A DNA stretch of 64,000 bases from Eledone cirrhosa (lineage: Eukaryota), in the NCBI GenBank assembly GCA_964016885.1, contig OZ024741.1, forward strand, positions 299,398,001 to 299,462,000. The letters are read 5' to 3'. Below the pieces are notes generated by a model. That model made no database searches, had not been told where the DNA came from, and saw only the letters and a list, made by a program, of their open reading frames with translations. Positions 1-14,349 of this stretch are shown one piece after another (position 1 is the stretch's first letter; each line of letters starts with the position of its first letter). Both the position numbers and the translations under genes were made by a program.

Positions 1-934
1 AGTAACTAGTAATTTGATATAACTGATCATTTGTTTGATCCGTCATGTCCACACTATTTGCGCTGGAAATATATTCGTTATGTAAGACATGAAACATAGT
101 GTAATCGTCTTCATAGAATAATGATTTCGATAAAGGGAAGTTTAACGATCTCATTAACTGAGGAACCACTTGGGAGTAAACTAACCTATTAAATAGTTAA
201 ACTTGCAAGATATTCCTTTAGGAAATAATTCTTTGGAATGAAGACTAATATTCACAGTCAGACTTAAATTCAAATGAATAACAAGAATTCATGATTACAA
301 TAATAAATAGCCCAATTATATTAGCTGGAAAATGACAAAAAATGATAACAGGAAATTTATCTCATACACTTATTAAATAATATTTTGAAGAGCCATATTT
401 GATTGGAAACTGATTCATGGTTTTGAAGTGACTTGTTACAAAGTACAATCGTCGAGATATTAAGATATTTTAATGTCGTGCAATATGAGAGCTGCCCAGT
501 TGAAATAACATATACGATATAGATAATAAAGTTAATATAGACAGCAAAATATATTAAAAACGTAAATCAATATAAATAATATTTTTTTGGTGATTCCCAA
601 CAATGATGCCAATATATTTTGTATAAATATTGAATGGCTAACCGTAATGGATACAAACAAATAATAGTAGTATATCAACAAACACAAATTTAGACGATTC
701 GTAAAGAGAATGATATATTATTTCAATATTATCCTGCTAGTAATTCATTTTTACACACCAGGAGATTTGTATTTGAAGTAAATAGCCGCGTGTCTACGGT
801 TTCGTTCTTCGTGTCTAGAATACTGGGCCTAATTACATTTATTTAAATATCTGTACGATCATATGATATTTTGCTAAGTATCGACATTTCATGTTTAGTT
901 TTCGTTTCATATTCTATTATTAGAAGGAAACCTT

Positions 935-1060
935 TATGGTCTGAGTTAAAATCCCGCTGAGGTTAACTTTGCCATTCATCCTTACGGGGTCGATAAAATA
1001 AAGTACCATTAATACACTGGGATAATTGCTGGCCTCGTGCCAAAAGTAGAAACAATTATT
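935..1060 (+). mobile_element. 5'-truncated SINE copy. Further partial or diverged copies at ~34503-34588(-), 36744-36808(+), 45535-45674(+), 49698-49900(+), 51082-51289(-), 53186-53290(+), 53775-53968(+), 61385-61500(-), 61961-62036(+), 62240-62287(-)
   Basis: Shared core gaggttaactttgcc.ttcatccttacggggtcgataaaataaagtacca. Confidence 0.85.
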
Positions 1061-1329
1061 AGAAGGAAATATGTCCTCTTGTCTAAAGTCTTCTGATGGA
1101 TGCAGTTTATCTCGCCCACTCTAGGAATGAAAAGGAGCCGATCGTAATTAACTAAGTTACTGATGAATGCACATCATGCAAAATATACTAGAATTTTCAG
1201 TTAACTCTTAGATAGTGTTTGATATAAATAGCGTCTGACTGTAACTCACTATGTAAGGAGAATGGCACTAATGATTGTCTACGAAGTTATTCTTTGTTAA
1301 AGATTTGATATCTTTACATGCAGCGTTCC

Positions 1330-2050
1330 ATACACCTTACCCAATTACCGTGATGAGTGATATCAGGCTGGGCAGAGGAATGGATTTAGCTCACTTAAAC
1401 GTTGGGAATAGCAATAGTCATATAATGCACGTCCTTCTTTCGACTATCACCAACACCGTATGGACGCAAGGACATTTCGGGAAATGTTGTATGGAATACC
1501 GTTTGGGTCTGCGCCACATTATGATTTCGCTTTCTTCACACATACCTCAGATTATTTGGTTGTAAGACTATAAAAGAGACACTTGATCTTAGGTAACTCA
1601 CTACCGTGTGCGTGTCAGGACGTCCTGTTGTGGATTCTATTAGATGCTTTATAAATGGCATCAATATATTCAACAGATATATTTTAAATTGTTCATATAT
1701 GTACAAGAAGGAAGACCCAAACAGCTATCCTTTGTCTCACAGCCTACAGCATGCCAAAGTACACGCTGTGAAATGTCTCCTTCAAGTATTCAATCGAGTT
1801 GCACAAACTGTTTTTGATATTTCTCTTGTATTTTTGGCTAATGTTCTAGAGTAAAAATCAATTTGCAAGTCAACTAAAATGGGGCTAAAATTGATTAACG
1901 GTTTAGGTAATAATTCTGGCAAACAAGAGTGTTATTCCAAGATACTTTCAGCACTGAAACGTATTCCTATATCTATCAAAATGTTATTGTCGCTCATAGT
2001 GATTTCTAAATTCATTAATGAGTTGTAGATGCACCGTAGTGACACGTGGC
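1330..2050 (-). mobile_element. Very old LINE RT debris (similar faint debris at ~43900-46600)
   Basis: Only weak traces of D...AF.SV....LW and QG..L.P.LF motifs on the minus strand. Confidence 0.3.
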
Positions 2051-2117
2051 ATGTCTTGGGTCTATAAAATCTAACGGAGACCATACCTCATCAGATCGGA
2101 ACACAGTCGACTTTTCC

Positions 2118-2957
<840 letters not shown>

Positions 2958-3316
2958 TATATAACTGCTCTGTAGAACAACTGGTGCTATTACATTAAGC
3001 TATTTATCTTACTGGTAATAAGGTTGTAATTAATTACTGACCGTCACTGTTTAGGGTTGAACATATATATAACTATAAAAAGTTTTAGTATATACATAAC
3101 CATAAATAGTATCCTTAATACAGATCAGAGCAAACAGCACGGACACTCTATCTCAAAATTATTTTTGAAAAGCATTTAGAAATGCGCAACCGGTAAAAAC
3201 ATAAAAACTTAAAACCACAACTGAATACTAACCCATACAATCACTAATACTCTTTTATTCCTAATTAAACCATTTTTCAACTGTGAACAATGTGTCAGCA
3301 TTTTCTATTCCGTTTA

Positions 3317-3413
<97 letters not shown>

Positions 3414-3896
3414 AGTTATAAGGGCCCACATGCAAGTAAATCTGTTGATTATATGCAGGCTTCTACATAACTTGGACTTATTTCTCCCACCTTGTAGACA
3501 TTTTATAACGAAAGGATCGTATGGTAAGTGAGATTTATTTAATTTTGTCTCAAGTAAATTAATACAGCCGACTTTCCACATATTACAATATAGTTAGCAC
3601 CCCAAACATATAACTGGGAATATACTTAGGTATTTCCTAATGTTTGTTGAGTGAAATGGAGTTGGTTGGTGTATCGCTATTAGCTTTCTCTGTTAATGTA
3701 TTATATATATATATATATATATATTTGAAAGGTAAGTGGAAAACAATAGTGCAAACAATACAATATACGAAGATATATTTGATATAGTAAGAAACAATTT
3801 TAATTTGTCGAACGCTAGTCCTTCATCAGAAATAGAATGAGATGTAAAAGAAAAATAGAAAGATAGGGGTAATGGCAGAGGACGAAATACATAGAA

Positions 3897-3960
<64 letters not shown>

Positions 3961-3969
<9 letters not shown>

Positions 3970-4447
3970 TAAAACATGTCTATAGAATCACCAGATAAAA
4001 TATATACCGTTTCCTAATCACATTCTTTCTAACCTGACCGCTGCTACCTCACGATTCTTAGCCATTTTTGAATGTATTCTTGGCGCGATCACTTTGGAAA
4101 ATTAATTGTCTAAATTTGAGCTAACTCCTGAAGAGTCCGGTGCTCCAGATGTCCAATGTTATCGGATATCTTAAAATGCGGACGAAACCATGGTAGAGGT
4201 AACTAAATATGTTCACTTTTCTCCTAGTTTATTTTACACCTAATTCTGTTTAGTTGACTGTATATCTGGTCGATTCATACACGCTGTCGAAATACTCGAT
4301 AAATACTCCGCCTACTGTTATTTGTTGGAGATTTCTTCATAGAAGCTTGGTCTAATCGAGTTTTTTATATGGTTAATTATGCTAATTGGGAGAGGAAACG
4401 GTATATATTTTATCTGGTGATTCTATATACATGTTTTATGATATATA
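3961..4447. repeat. ~490 bp segment with 55-bp terminal inverted repeats and an internal HHR, next to (TA)n
   Basis: 3961-4015 is the reverse complement of 4393-4447 with one mismatch. Confidence 0.9.
4123..4200 (+). ncRNA. Type I hammerhead ribozyme motif
   Basis: ctc-CTGAAGA-gtccg(39 nt)cggac-GAAAC-catg-GTA-gag. All core positions are present, stem III is palindromic (CCATGG), predicted cleavage after 4195. Confidence 0.8.
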
Positions 4448-4504
4448 GCTCTGATTATTTAATTTATTAACTCTTCATTGAGCCACAAAGTGACCCGTTG
4501 CAAA

Positions 4505-4553
<49 letters not shown>

Positions 4554-4560
4554 TGTAAAC

Positions 4561-4610
<50 letters not shown>

Positions 4611-4754
4611 TTACATCTTTAGTATACCTATATGAGTACAACCCTAAAACATACACTTACACTGGCACACATGCACAAACACATACATACCACACACACA
4701 CATATATATATGTATATAAATATATACATATGTGTGTATATATATATATGCATG

Positions 4755-4803
<49 letters not shown>

Positions 4804-5254
4804 ATGTGCTCGTAGGTTGTAATTTAGACTACAGATTACCCTACCCCTATAACGTATTAGGTAAAAAAAAAATACGAATTATTTCGCGCAACAACAGCCT
4901 CTCTAACAACTCAATACGTTATATAATATATCATTTTCCTTCTCATTAATCTGAAGAATTTATCCTGCTCTATGTAATTTTGTTGCATTTATAATTTCAG
5001 CACGAATTATAGATATATAACTAGTTCTCTGGATAGGGAGCGTGTGTGTCGTGCAGGCACCAGGGGTAATTTTATTAAGACTGAAATAGGTAAGGGAGAT
5101 CGGAGCAATGAATATTTCGTAAAATAGAACCAATTAACAAATGAAATGCAATAACATTCTCTATCTTTTCAAGAAATTACGCGATTTCTTTAAGTAGATT
5201 TTTAATGATGTATATATATATGTATATATATATATATATATGTATATATTTATT

Positions 5255-5878
5255 GCTCGCACAAACCAGAGGTATATGATCTTTAATGCGAACAAATACG
5301 AATGGCGGTTGGAAGATCACTGATGAAACACTAATTTTATTCATATGCACCTCATTTGCAACAACGCCGCACGCCATTACCATACATTTATATTTTCCCC
5401 TCCGCTGTGACCTGTCTGTTTCTTTCTTACTGCTTCCCCTTTCTCAGTATCTCTCACCTTCTTTTTACCCCATCAGCCAGTTACTCTCAGCTGGCCTCTT
5501 GACCACACTTTCACTCACTCACTCTCTGCTACTCCCCCTCTCTCACTTCCTCCCGTTTGACCTGTGTGAAATCCTTTTCTCGCTCACATTTCACCCAGAT
5601 TGGATCGTCTGTATCTCTCGTCTATGATTTTTACCGAAGTGAAGTTCATAGATATCACGGACTTGATTGTCCTCTTCCTCTCGTTCCGTTGCATTACGAT
5701 CTCTGTTTGTTTAAATGTCTCACTCGATTCACCTAACTTTTTTTTTAGTTATAGCTCGCACCAAACAGAGGTATATGATCTTTAATGCGAAGAAATACCA
5801 ATGACGGTTGGAAGATCACTGATGAAGGACTAATTTTATTCATATGTACCCCATTTGCAACAACGCAGCAAACCATTT
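5255..5878. repeat. ~125 bp diverged direct repeats (5255-5380, 5754-5878) enclosing a pyrimidine-rich spacer, (TA)n on both sides
   Basis: gctcgcac..agaggtatatgatctttaatgcgaa..ggttggaagatcactgatgaa..ctaattttattcatatg..catttgcaacaacgc occurs twice. Confidence 0.9.
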
Positions 5879-6345
5879 TTCATATATATATATACAACTT
5901 TTCTGAGCCGTACAATATAATTGAATAAACAAGAGAGAGATGAACACTAATATCAACATACATGTGTTCGAATCGTAAGGACCAAATTTGCTAGGATGAA
6001 AAAATACTAACTACAGCAATATGGTTTGTTATCCTTAACTTTAAATATTAAATTAAGATAAATTATATATATATAATAATTTTTCCTGTATATATATATA
6101 TAATAAAATGTACTTACTGCATTTGCACAGAATATATGGACAGCCAGACCAAGCAAGTAAGCTGAAACTTGGAAGACAATATCAATTGTCTCTTCTGAAA
6201 ACAATATCTATAATTTTCTGTTTCCTCATTTAGCAGCTCTCCCTCTACCTGCCAGTGATTTGGGAAACCTTAAGCCTCTGTTCCTACTTCCCGATTAACC
6301 GTAAAATTAACATGCATTATAATTGTACTGCACTGGACTTGTGTT

Positions 6346-6412
6346 TTCCATCGTGACTTTTCGCACCTATATACATATACACACACACACACATACACAC
6401 ACACACACACAC

Positions 6413-6498
<86 letters not shown>

Positions 6499-6560
6499 AT
6501 ATCTGTATATGTGTGTGTGTGTGTATGTGTATATGTATATATGTGCGAAAAGTCACGATG

Positions 6561-6563
<3 letters not shown>
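6346..6563. repeat. Fold-back palindrome centred on (CA)n(TA)n(TG)n with unique outer arms
   Basis: ttccatcgtgacttttcgcac... / ...gtgcgaaaagtcacgatggaa. Confidence 0.9.
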
Positions 6564-6603
<40 letters not shown>

Positions 6604-6779
6604 CACATATATCTGTCTGCCTGTGTGTGTGTGTGTGTGTGTGTATGTGTGTGTGTGTATGTATGTATTGAACAATGAAAAGAAAAGCGAATACTCTCCA
6701 TCAGGTATCTACCATACTCTGAACGCCTTGCTTCATAGATACATTGAAGCTCCGACATCTGGCAACTGACTTCGTAAAC

Positions 6780-7170
6780 ACCCCCAAAAATTATTAACAA
6801 TCTTGCCAACAACAACCCCCAGCACCCTTTTGAATTCCATGTGTGTAACACACGTGAGCATACCTACAACGTCAGAAAATAGCACAGCTAACATGACATT
6901 CGGAAACTTTTTTCACGCTCAGAGTCGCTGAAGCATGGAACAAACTATCTGCATCAGTTGTTAGCTGCCGAGACACGACCTCCTTTAAAACCTCCATGCT
7001 TCCTGAATTCACCAAAACCCCCCATACACACGGAGACATGTATATCATGCCTCATACACTGTTCACTTTTTTGACATTTGGACATTGTTCTATGTACTAT
7101 ACATACACCTTTGATGAGTTGTAGTGCACCTGAGCACCGTACACAATAATTTCATTATTATTATTATTAA
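6780..7170 (+). mobile_element. 3' end of a CR1/L2-type LINE with (ATT)n tail
   Basis: Translates to ..FFTLRVAEAWNKLSASVVSCRDTTSFK.., a typical CR1/L2 ORF2 C-terminus. Ends in cattattattattatt. Confidence 0.65.
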
Positions 7171-7423
7171 ATTAATTAATAGTTTTATGACCGTTTTAGA
7201 GATTAAATTAGTCAGGATAAATCGATATATTGACTGACATATGGTTGTTATTCGACCAGCTATTTCTAGTCTCGATATCCTTGACATACCCCCCACCCTC
7301 CGTCTCTCTCAGAAACAATGAACTATAATGTTTATGCACGAGATATATAAGGAAGCGCGAAATGAAACCAGATACGTGTGTATGCGTGGCTCGGTATGTG
7401 TGAGTGTCTGTGTGTGTGTGTGC

Positions 7424-7501
<78 letters not shown>

Positions 7502-9297
7502 TGCGTGTGTATGTGTGTGCATAAACAGAATTGTAGATAGACGGAAACTATATAAACAGAACAAACAAGCGTTAATATCCAAGATTATTACAGATATCAA
7601 AGGAAATCCGAAGGAAGTTTCATGTAGGGACCAAACAAGAAGCAATTAAATGTGAAGAATTATTGATGAACAAAAGAAGGACGTGAATTTGGCCGAATAG
7701 TGTGGAAGGTCGGTGACATGTAAACTGCTCTAGGTGCAAATGCGTGTATGTTATTTGCTGGCATACGCATTTACTTTCGTGTATATATTTATGTAAGAGC
7801 GTAACAATTTACATATTTTCCTTTGTCCCTTCTGTGAGGAATTGTATACACATGGTACTAAGCAAGGTTGTGTGCTGGCGCTTACATTGTTTACTCCTTT
7901 TTTCTCAGTTGTTTTTGATTGCAACTTTAAAGTAGTTGACAAGTCAGTTAAAATTGTATCTCTTCTTGTTAGAGGATTGTTGAATCGCCGGTTTTCATAA
8001 CAAATGTTGTCTTTGTGTGCTACTTGATGATAATACAGTGTTTGTTGAAGAGGCTCAATTAATTGTTATTTCTGAATCGTGTAAAATCTAGTCTTGATTT
8101 GCTATTTGACGATAAAGCACTGGTGGTGGTAACGTCTTCTGAAGTAGATCAATTAATTGTTATAAGTTTCTACAATGCTGTTAAAGTCTTTAGACATAAA
8201 ATAAGCTTAAAGAAAACTAGTAATTCACCAACCTGATCCAATCTCTACGCAGAGAATAATTGTAAATCTCTCTAAGCTTACCCGTATTTTCCCAATAACT
8301 CACATAAAAGTGGATAGCCTTAATATTATAACGTGAAATCTGTTTCCTTCTTCGGATAGTAAAATTACTTTAAATGCTACCATCGATGACATACCATGAA
8401 AGAAGTATTCAAAGGAACTCTTTACTTTGGTAAATTGCAGCATTATGTTTTGTAATGAAAGATGTTTTATTCCTGAAGCAAATATAGATATATACAATAG
8501 CTTTTATTTTATATTCACAATACACATAGGCAAACACAAAGGAAGAAAACTATCTATTTACATATACACATTCGAATAATGTATACATAAACACAATGTG
8601 TACGCATACATACAGTATGTATGTTGTATCTCTCTCAAGTTTGACGACGACCCTTCCAATTGTTTGATCAACAGAAATACCTCTTTGTGAAATTAACGTC
8701 CATTTGCACGTGCAATATTAATGTATGTTTTATGAAGATTCAGCGTGACAAGTTCGGTCCATTTGAATTATAGGTACAAGTTTCGTGGCTTTGATCGACG
8801 TGAAATATAGAGTGTTGCCCAGGGAAAAGATTGAGAAGCGACTTCCTTAACGATTCTCTCATGTTACGTCCAAACTACTTGCGCACAAAAATACACACGC
8901 ACACGCACGCACGCAGAGACACACACACGCAAACACATACACGCACACACATATACACACACACACATGGGAAACACAATTATGGTTACTATGGTACTAT
9001 GGCAGGCTGTCATTTGCCTTTACAATTCCCTTAAAAGAAACACGGTTTTCTTTTCACTAACACCTTAAGTCATTTTCAAAATGACGTGATCAGTGCCTCG
9101 CATGCTATACTATCTCGTCAGTTTTTTTAGTTCTTTCTCTCATTATATATTTTTGAAGAGGAACTTAAGCTCCAAAACTGAAATAACATTATATTTCTAT
9201 TTCTATTTCTAGAGACTCATTCTAATAACTAGCCTTGTTTATCTTGTCTTTTGTCTTCTCTATCTTTCTCCTCCGCAATTTTTGAACATACAAATAA

Positions 9298-9330
<33 letters not shown>

Positions 9331-9339
9331 CACACACGT

Positions 9340-9438
<99 letters not shown>

Positions 9439-9676
9439 GACACACATGACAGGCAAACGCACACAAACATACTAACACAAACACACATACATACAAGCAC
9501 GCAGAACACAGAATCGCACGCAAACACATAGATACAAACACACAATCACACGTAAGCACACTTACAAACATACACTCACGAATACACGCAGACACACACA
9601 TACACACATACAGATACACAGTTCCAAAAACACATACGCACATACAAACACACATACACGCAGGCTCATACAGACG

Positions 9677-9708
<32 letters not shown>

Positions 9709-9932
9709 TTCTACTTTTTTATACGACGGATATTATTTTGTGTTTCTATATCGGATAACGTTTTGTTTTAATATTGGATGTTGCTTGTTATTTTCATGGC
9801 GGATATTACTATTTAGATACAAGTATTTCTGAAATATTATTTTAGTAGAATATAGGAGTCGTCAGAACACTATAAAGATATTTTCGTAGTTTTAACTCGT
9901 AGTTGTGAGTGAACGTTGTGTCTATGTGGCGT

Positions 9933-10043
<111 letters not shown>

Positions 10044-10495
10044 CTGTGTGCCTGTGTTAATAAACAATTGCTACAATCAGGATATCAAGTGCAAATACTA
10101 CAATAAGGAGGATAAAGTGAACGATATAATAGTTTAGAATCAAAAATAGTTTTAAAGCTACCATAATCTAAAATGAAATATTATAAATGTGAGAAATACA
10201 CTCATAGATCATTAAGTATTCAAATTCTATGGATAGCCCATTCTCTATATACACACATTCATAAATTCAGTTAAAATAACATGTTAGTGAGTTTCTACAT
10301 AGATATACATACGCACATACATCACGTGCACACATACACACACGCCACACCCACTCGCACACACATGCACACAAATATATATATATGTGTGTATATATAT
10401 GTGTATATATATATGTGTATATATATATATGTATAAATATATATGTATACATATATATATGTTTATAAATATATATATGCATATATATATGTATA

Positions 10496-10541
<46 letters not shown>

Positions 10542-10636
10542 TTTTGAGTTTATGTTGGTTGTATACCAACACCCCAGTATGCACACTGGAGCACTCGACG
10601 AAGTGCGCAGGTTGGTTTGGTTACTACGGAGTAGTG

Positions 10637-11056
10637 TAAAATAAAGTTAAATAACAGTCAAATGATTAAAATTTAGCTTCGTTTATTACTGCTATATATA
10701 TTTCAGTGACAGCCATATTTGGCTGTGACCTCTTCAGGCAGTTTGAATTAGTATGATATAGACGAGTTGAAGTGTATAATATTGTCAATACTCTGATAAG
10801 CCCAGTTCCTTGTTGGGTTGTTATTTCACTGAGGAACTGGAGTCATATGACTCCAGTTCATCAGTGAAATAACAACCCAACAAGGAACTGGGCTTATCAG
10901 AGTATTGACAACATTATACACATCAACTCGTCTATATCATACTAATTCAAACTGCCTGAAGAGGTCACATCCAAATATGGCTGTCACTGAAATATATATA
11001 GCAGTAATATACGAAGCTAAATTTTAATCATTTGACTTTTATTTAACTTTATTTTA
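10637..11056. repeat. ~420 bp near-perfect, loop-less palindrome (centre 10846/10847) carrying two HHR copies
   Basis: Centre gaactggagtcat|atgactccagttc. Arms match out to taaaataaagttaaataa / ttatttaactttatttta. Confidence 0.95.
10951..11005 (+). ncRNA. Type I hammerhead ribozyme motif (mirror copy on minus strand at 10688-10742)
   Basis: actgc-CTGAAGA-ggtcaca(t/g)cc aaatat ggctgtcact-GAAA-tatata-TA-gcagt. 5-bp stem I, palindromic stem III, AUA triplet. Confidence 0.75.
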
Positions 11057-11469
11057 TATATATATATATAAAAATACGTATTTAAGAAAGCCACAACAAT
11101 GCAAAGGGAAATCTCGAGGTAGGAAGTGAAATATAGATAGGAAAAACAGGTGAAAGTGAAAATTGAGAGAGACAAAGATGAAAACAAAACAAAGGTAGAA
11201 GGGTTACCGTAGTAGAGATTTAATCCCAATATTTCGGGCTCACGCCCATCAACGGGGGAAAAGTTCCAAAAGGGGGGGAACAGGCCAAGCGGAGAAAGCC
11301 TAGATGTCGTTTAGACAGGAATGCCGTTATGGGGAGAAAAATATTTAAAATTTAAACGAGGGAAACAATGCGCGTGCGCGTGATAGGCTGTGGCAAAAGC
11401 TACTGACCAAATGGGTTAAATCAAGAGGGTGCGTTAGCGTGTGAAAGCCGTCAGATATGTGTATGTAGA

Positions 11470-11845
11470 TATATATGTGTGTGTAACTGTGTGTGTATAA
11501 GTGTAAGTGTGTATATGTGTGAGTGTGTGTGTGTGTGAAAGATAGTGGGCTGTAGAAGTTGGAAATCAAAGGGTGTGAAAGGTGGTAGGTTGTAAAATAT
11601 GTGTGCGTGTATAAATATAGATGTGTGTGTGTAAGCGTATGGGTATACATGTGTGTGTAACTGTGTGTGTATATGTGTGAGTGTGTTTGTGTGTGAAAGA
11701 TAGTGGGCTGTAGAAGCTGGAAATCAAAGGGTGTGAAAGGTGGTAGGTTGTAAAAACATGTGTGTGTGTATAAATATAGATGTGTGTGTGTATGCGTATG
11801 GGTATGCATATACGTGCGTGTGTGTGAAGATAGCAGGCCGTAGGC
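11470..11845. repeat. ~158 bp tandem duplication (2 copies plus a partial third) in the PLE 3' UTR
   Basis: gaaagatagtgggctgtagaag.tggaaatcaaagggtgtgaaaggtggtaggttgtaaaa at 11537 and 11695. Confidence 0.85.
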
Positions 11846-11863
11846 TGTAAATGGTCATTATGG

Positions 11864-14349
11864 TTAAGTTAGCCATGTCAGCTCATTTCTCTCAGCCCGG
11901 TTGTTAAGTGGGGGTCTGAGGTTCTTAATAACAAGTGCTTCCTTTATCCTTAAGGATCCGATGCTGCGTTCAGTCGCTAGGACTGTGACCAAGGGTCTAC
12001 CCTGTGGGTTTCCGCATTTAAGGATATGTTTACGGAAGGAAGATGCGTTGGTGTTGATATGTTCCTTGATACGAACATGTAGGGGTCGGATGGTGCTACC
12101 TATGTAAAACTTGTTACATTTATCGCATTGAATTTTATATACGACATAGGTGCGTAGGCAATCTGCCCCCCGTATCGGGCAGTTGCTGAGGGAACACGTC
12201 CCATCTGCCTCGTAGGGTTTGTTGGAGAGGCATCTTCGCAGCGAAGGTCCTGTGTGGGCCAAATGTATGTCAAGTCCCTCCGTCCGTATGGCCCTGCGGA
12301 TGGCGTTCGTGGTATATTCACTCAGGTTGGGGATTTTAAAGAAGCACCTGCTAATATTAAGTTTTCTAGTGGGTGCCAGTCTACTGGGTCTGGGGTCTCT
12401 AATTCCGATAATCAGTCGCTTGGGATAACCATTAGATCTGAGTAGATTACGGAATTGCGTGGTATGGGTGAGACCACCCATCGGGTCGCTGCATCTGTTA
12501 GTGATCCGTGTCAGTTCATTTAGGACATAGCCTCTCTTAGCGTTGTTGGGAAGGGCTGAGTTATAATGCACAAATAAGTCCTTGCACGCTGCTTTGCGGT
12601 AGAAGGTGGTGTTTATGTCTCCTTCTTCCGAGATGTTGATACGGAAGTCGAGGAGGGCGAGTGACCCGTCTTCTCCTTGGTGTTCAATGGTGAAATCGAT
12701 GTGCTGGTCAGTATCGTTGAAGATTTGGTGAATTTCATTCGCCATCTCCCGGGAAGAAGTAAGTATCAGGATATCATCAACGTATCTGGAGTAGAAGGCG
12801 ACGGCGTTGGGTTGGCAGGTATTGAGTGCCTTGCGTTCCAGGTGGTCCATGTACGAGATCGCAAGTATGCCGGACAGACTAGAGCCCATAGGTAGCCCAG
12901 AGATTTGTTTGTACGTGTGGCCGAGGAAATTGAAGAGTGCATTATCCACAACGAAGGAGAGGAGTTGGTGGATGTCCGTGTGTGTGAGTCCGAAGCAGTG
13001 TAAGTTAGATGCTCGGACTCGTTCGGTCAACAGGTCGACAGCTGGGGATGCTGGTACGGAGGTATAAAGGGCGACCACATCAAGACTGAAGGCATAACCG
13101 TTGTCCTTTCTGCTGTTGGGCGCCAGATGGTGTAGTCGCTCCAAGACTTCCTTTGAGCTGCAGACGTGGGCTGGTAGTGTGTGTAGAATAGGTTTCAGTA
13201 GTGTGGAGAGCAGCCACGATATTTTGTAGAGTGGGCCCTCCACGCTAGAGACAATGGGCCTGATTTTCAAATCGGGTCCTTGTTTATGTGTTTTGACCAG
13301 GTGGTAGAAGGTGGGTAATTTGCTGTTTCGAGTCATTATGTTGTTTTTTACCTTCTTTGGCAGTTTTCGTTGGACACAGATGTTAGTCCATATGGTGTTA
13401 ATGCCTTCCTCGATTAGAGTCGAGGAGGTCCCTGTGACTTTAGAGTAGAGGCTGTGGTCATTAAGATGTTGGAGAGCTAAGTTGTTGTAGGTATCTCTCG
13501 AGATGACACAGAATTCTTTCCCCTTGTCAGAGGGAAGGTACACAAGGTTCCTGGATCTTAGGTTGGTGAGAGTATTAAATTGTGCATTGGTGAGGTTGCG
13601 TTTATTGTGTGTGTGTGTGTGTTGGGAAAGGATGTTAGAGATAGAATGTTTCAACCTGAGTAGTTTAGTATCAAGTTCGTGGTTGGTGGGTGGGGGGTGG
13701 AGTGGGTTGTCGAGGTGATACGTGGGGAGTGTGGGGTGGGTTGTGGGGTTGTAATCGATCTCGGTGTTGTTTTGGATGGCGGTTAGCCATTTCAGTTGAT
13801 AAGCTGTCCGACAGAAGTTGGTTTCGATGTCGAGTTTCAGTCTATCATCGAGACGCTGTGTAATGATGAACTTGGGTCCGAGGCGCAGAAGTTCGAGTTC
13901 GTCGTTGGTGAGGGTACCGGTTAAGTTGGTAACGAGGTGTGAAGCATCGTTGGTAGGTAGATCGATGTTGGGGGGTGTAGCGGAGGGTGTTGTATAGCTG
14001 TTGCCCCTGGTGTGGTTGTAGTCGGTCCGTCTGTGGGAGCGGATGTTGTCAATGTAGTATTTGTTTACAGTCCATTCGTATTTCCGTATAAGGCGCTGTT
14101 TATCAAATTTGACTCTGGTGTGGTAACACTGATCTATAGCTTTGCGTATATCCTGGACTTGGTGGTCAGGGGTGAGGGTTGGAGCTATACGATCTAAGTG
14201 CTCAGAAAGCGTTTGTATATGGAGTCGCAGTTGGTGGTGGTTGTGTCGTAGTATTTTCTTGATAAACGTGCGTTGAATGTGGCGGATGGTGTTTTCGAAG
14301 GATGGTGATCGTAAACATTCGGGTAGATGTATATTCCTGATGGTGGTTG

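Noticed and set aside
10826-10872. CTGA(T/G)GA plus long stem at the palindrome centre as an extra HHR
   Set aside because: GAAA does not directly follow the stem, and there is no stem I/III pairing.
11901-13718. Plus-strand ORFs overlapping the PLE, and antisense ORFs over the Tx1 and hAT elements
   Set aside because: Shadow ORFs of GC-richer coding sequence on the other strand.
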